DNA of 63,988 bases, counting the filler, from Octopus bimaculoides (lineage: Eukaryota): assembly GCF_001194135.2 (NCBI RefSeq). It is 5 parts of 5 records of this genome, joined end to end, with 100 filler letters (N's around TTAATTAATTAA, not from the genome) between each part and the next. Parts side by side here need not be neighbours in the genome. Positions count along the whole stretch, not along the records: positions 61,674 to 63,988 come from NW_026390025.1; 4 more parts are not named here. One strand, written 5' to 3'. Numbering within the stretch: the first letter of the stretch is position 1; the number at the start of each line of letters is the position of its first letter. Below are positions 63,635-63,988 of the stretch, piece after piece. A model generated the notes under the pieces. It was not told where the DNA came from. It did not search any database and saw nothing but the letters and a program-made list of their open reading frames with translations. The position numbers and the translations under genes are program-made.

Positions 63635-63988
63635 GTGTGTATGAGATCATTGTATCAAAATGGTATAAGAAACTTTGTTGCAACCAGCATTGACAGGCTT
63701 AGGAGTGCAAGGCAAAGGAGAAGCGTGGGCACAAATATACCACCTGCACTGACCTGCGATCCTCATACTTGCAGCATCTGTGTTCTTCTTTAAAAATCGT
63801 TGGGAGGACTCACATTTAACCTAAGTATTGTGACAAAGGAAGAGTAGGTTGTCAGATCCTCATACGTCAACACTGATAGGAGAGTCTATCATACATATAT
63901 ATATGTAGAATCAATAGTTTTCATCCAATTTCGATCATGATTGACAAATACATCACTTATGTTCCGCAGATGGTTCTACACTCTTTAG

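Overview
Repeat-dense, gapped eukaryotic draft sequence, most likely an octopus. This is inferred from the SINE families, the microsatellite load and a divergent 18S fragment. Most of the window is decayed mobile DNA: mariner, Tc1 and maT transposons; R4/Dong-like, CR1-like, Tx1/L1 and Penelope-like retroelements; several tRNA-derived SINE families; MITEs; and microsatellites. Nearly all ORF-track entries are microsatellite or gap artefacts. The only host gene I can support is the 3' end of an EVA-1/EVA1C-like single-pass membrane protein on the + strand: exons 57272-57460 and 60153-60454, plus a candidate 18-nt microexon at 51580-51597. The most interesting observations are that microexon, a complete minimal hammerhead ribozyme motif (30325-30369, minus), a 3' tail shared by a CR1-like LINE and a SINE family, a foldback family carrying TTAGGG repeats, a 329-bp intronic hairpin, an 18S rRNA fragment starting at the mature 5' end, and a possible decayed HDV-like ribozyme at the 5' end of a Dong-like element. 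I see no convincing evidence of an entirely new biological system. Family assignments rest on recalled motifs, not database searches, and repeat boundaries are approximate unless junctions are quoted.
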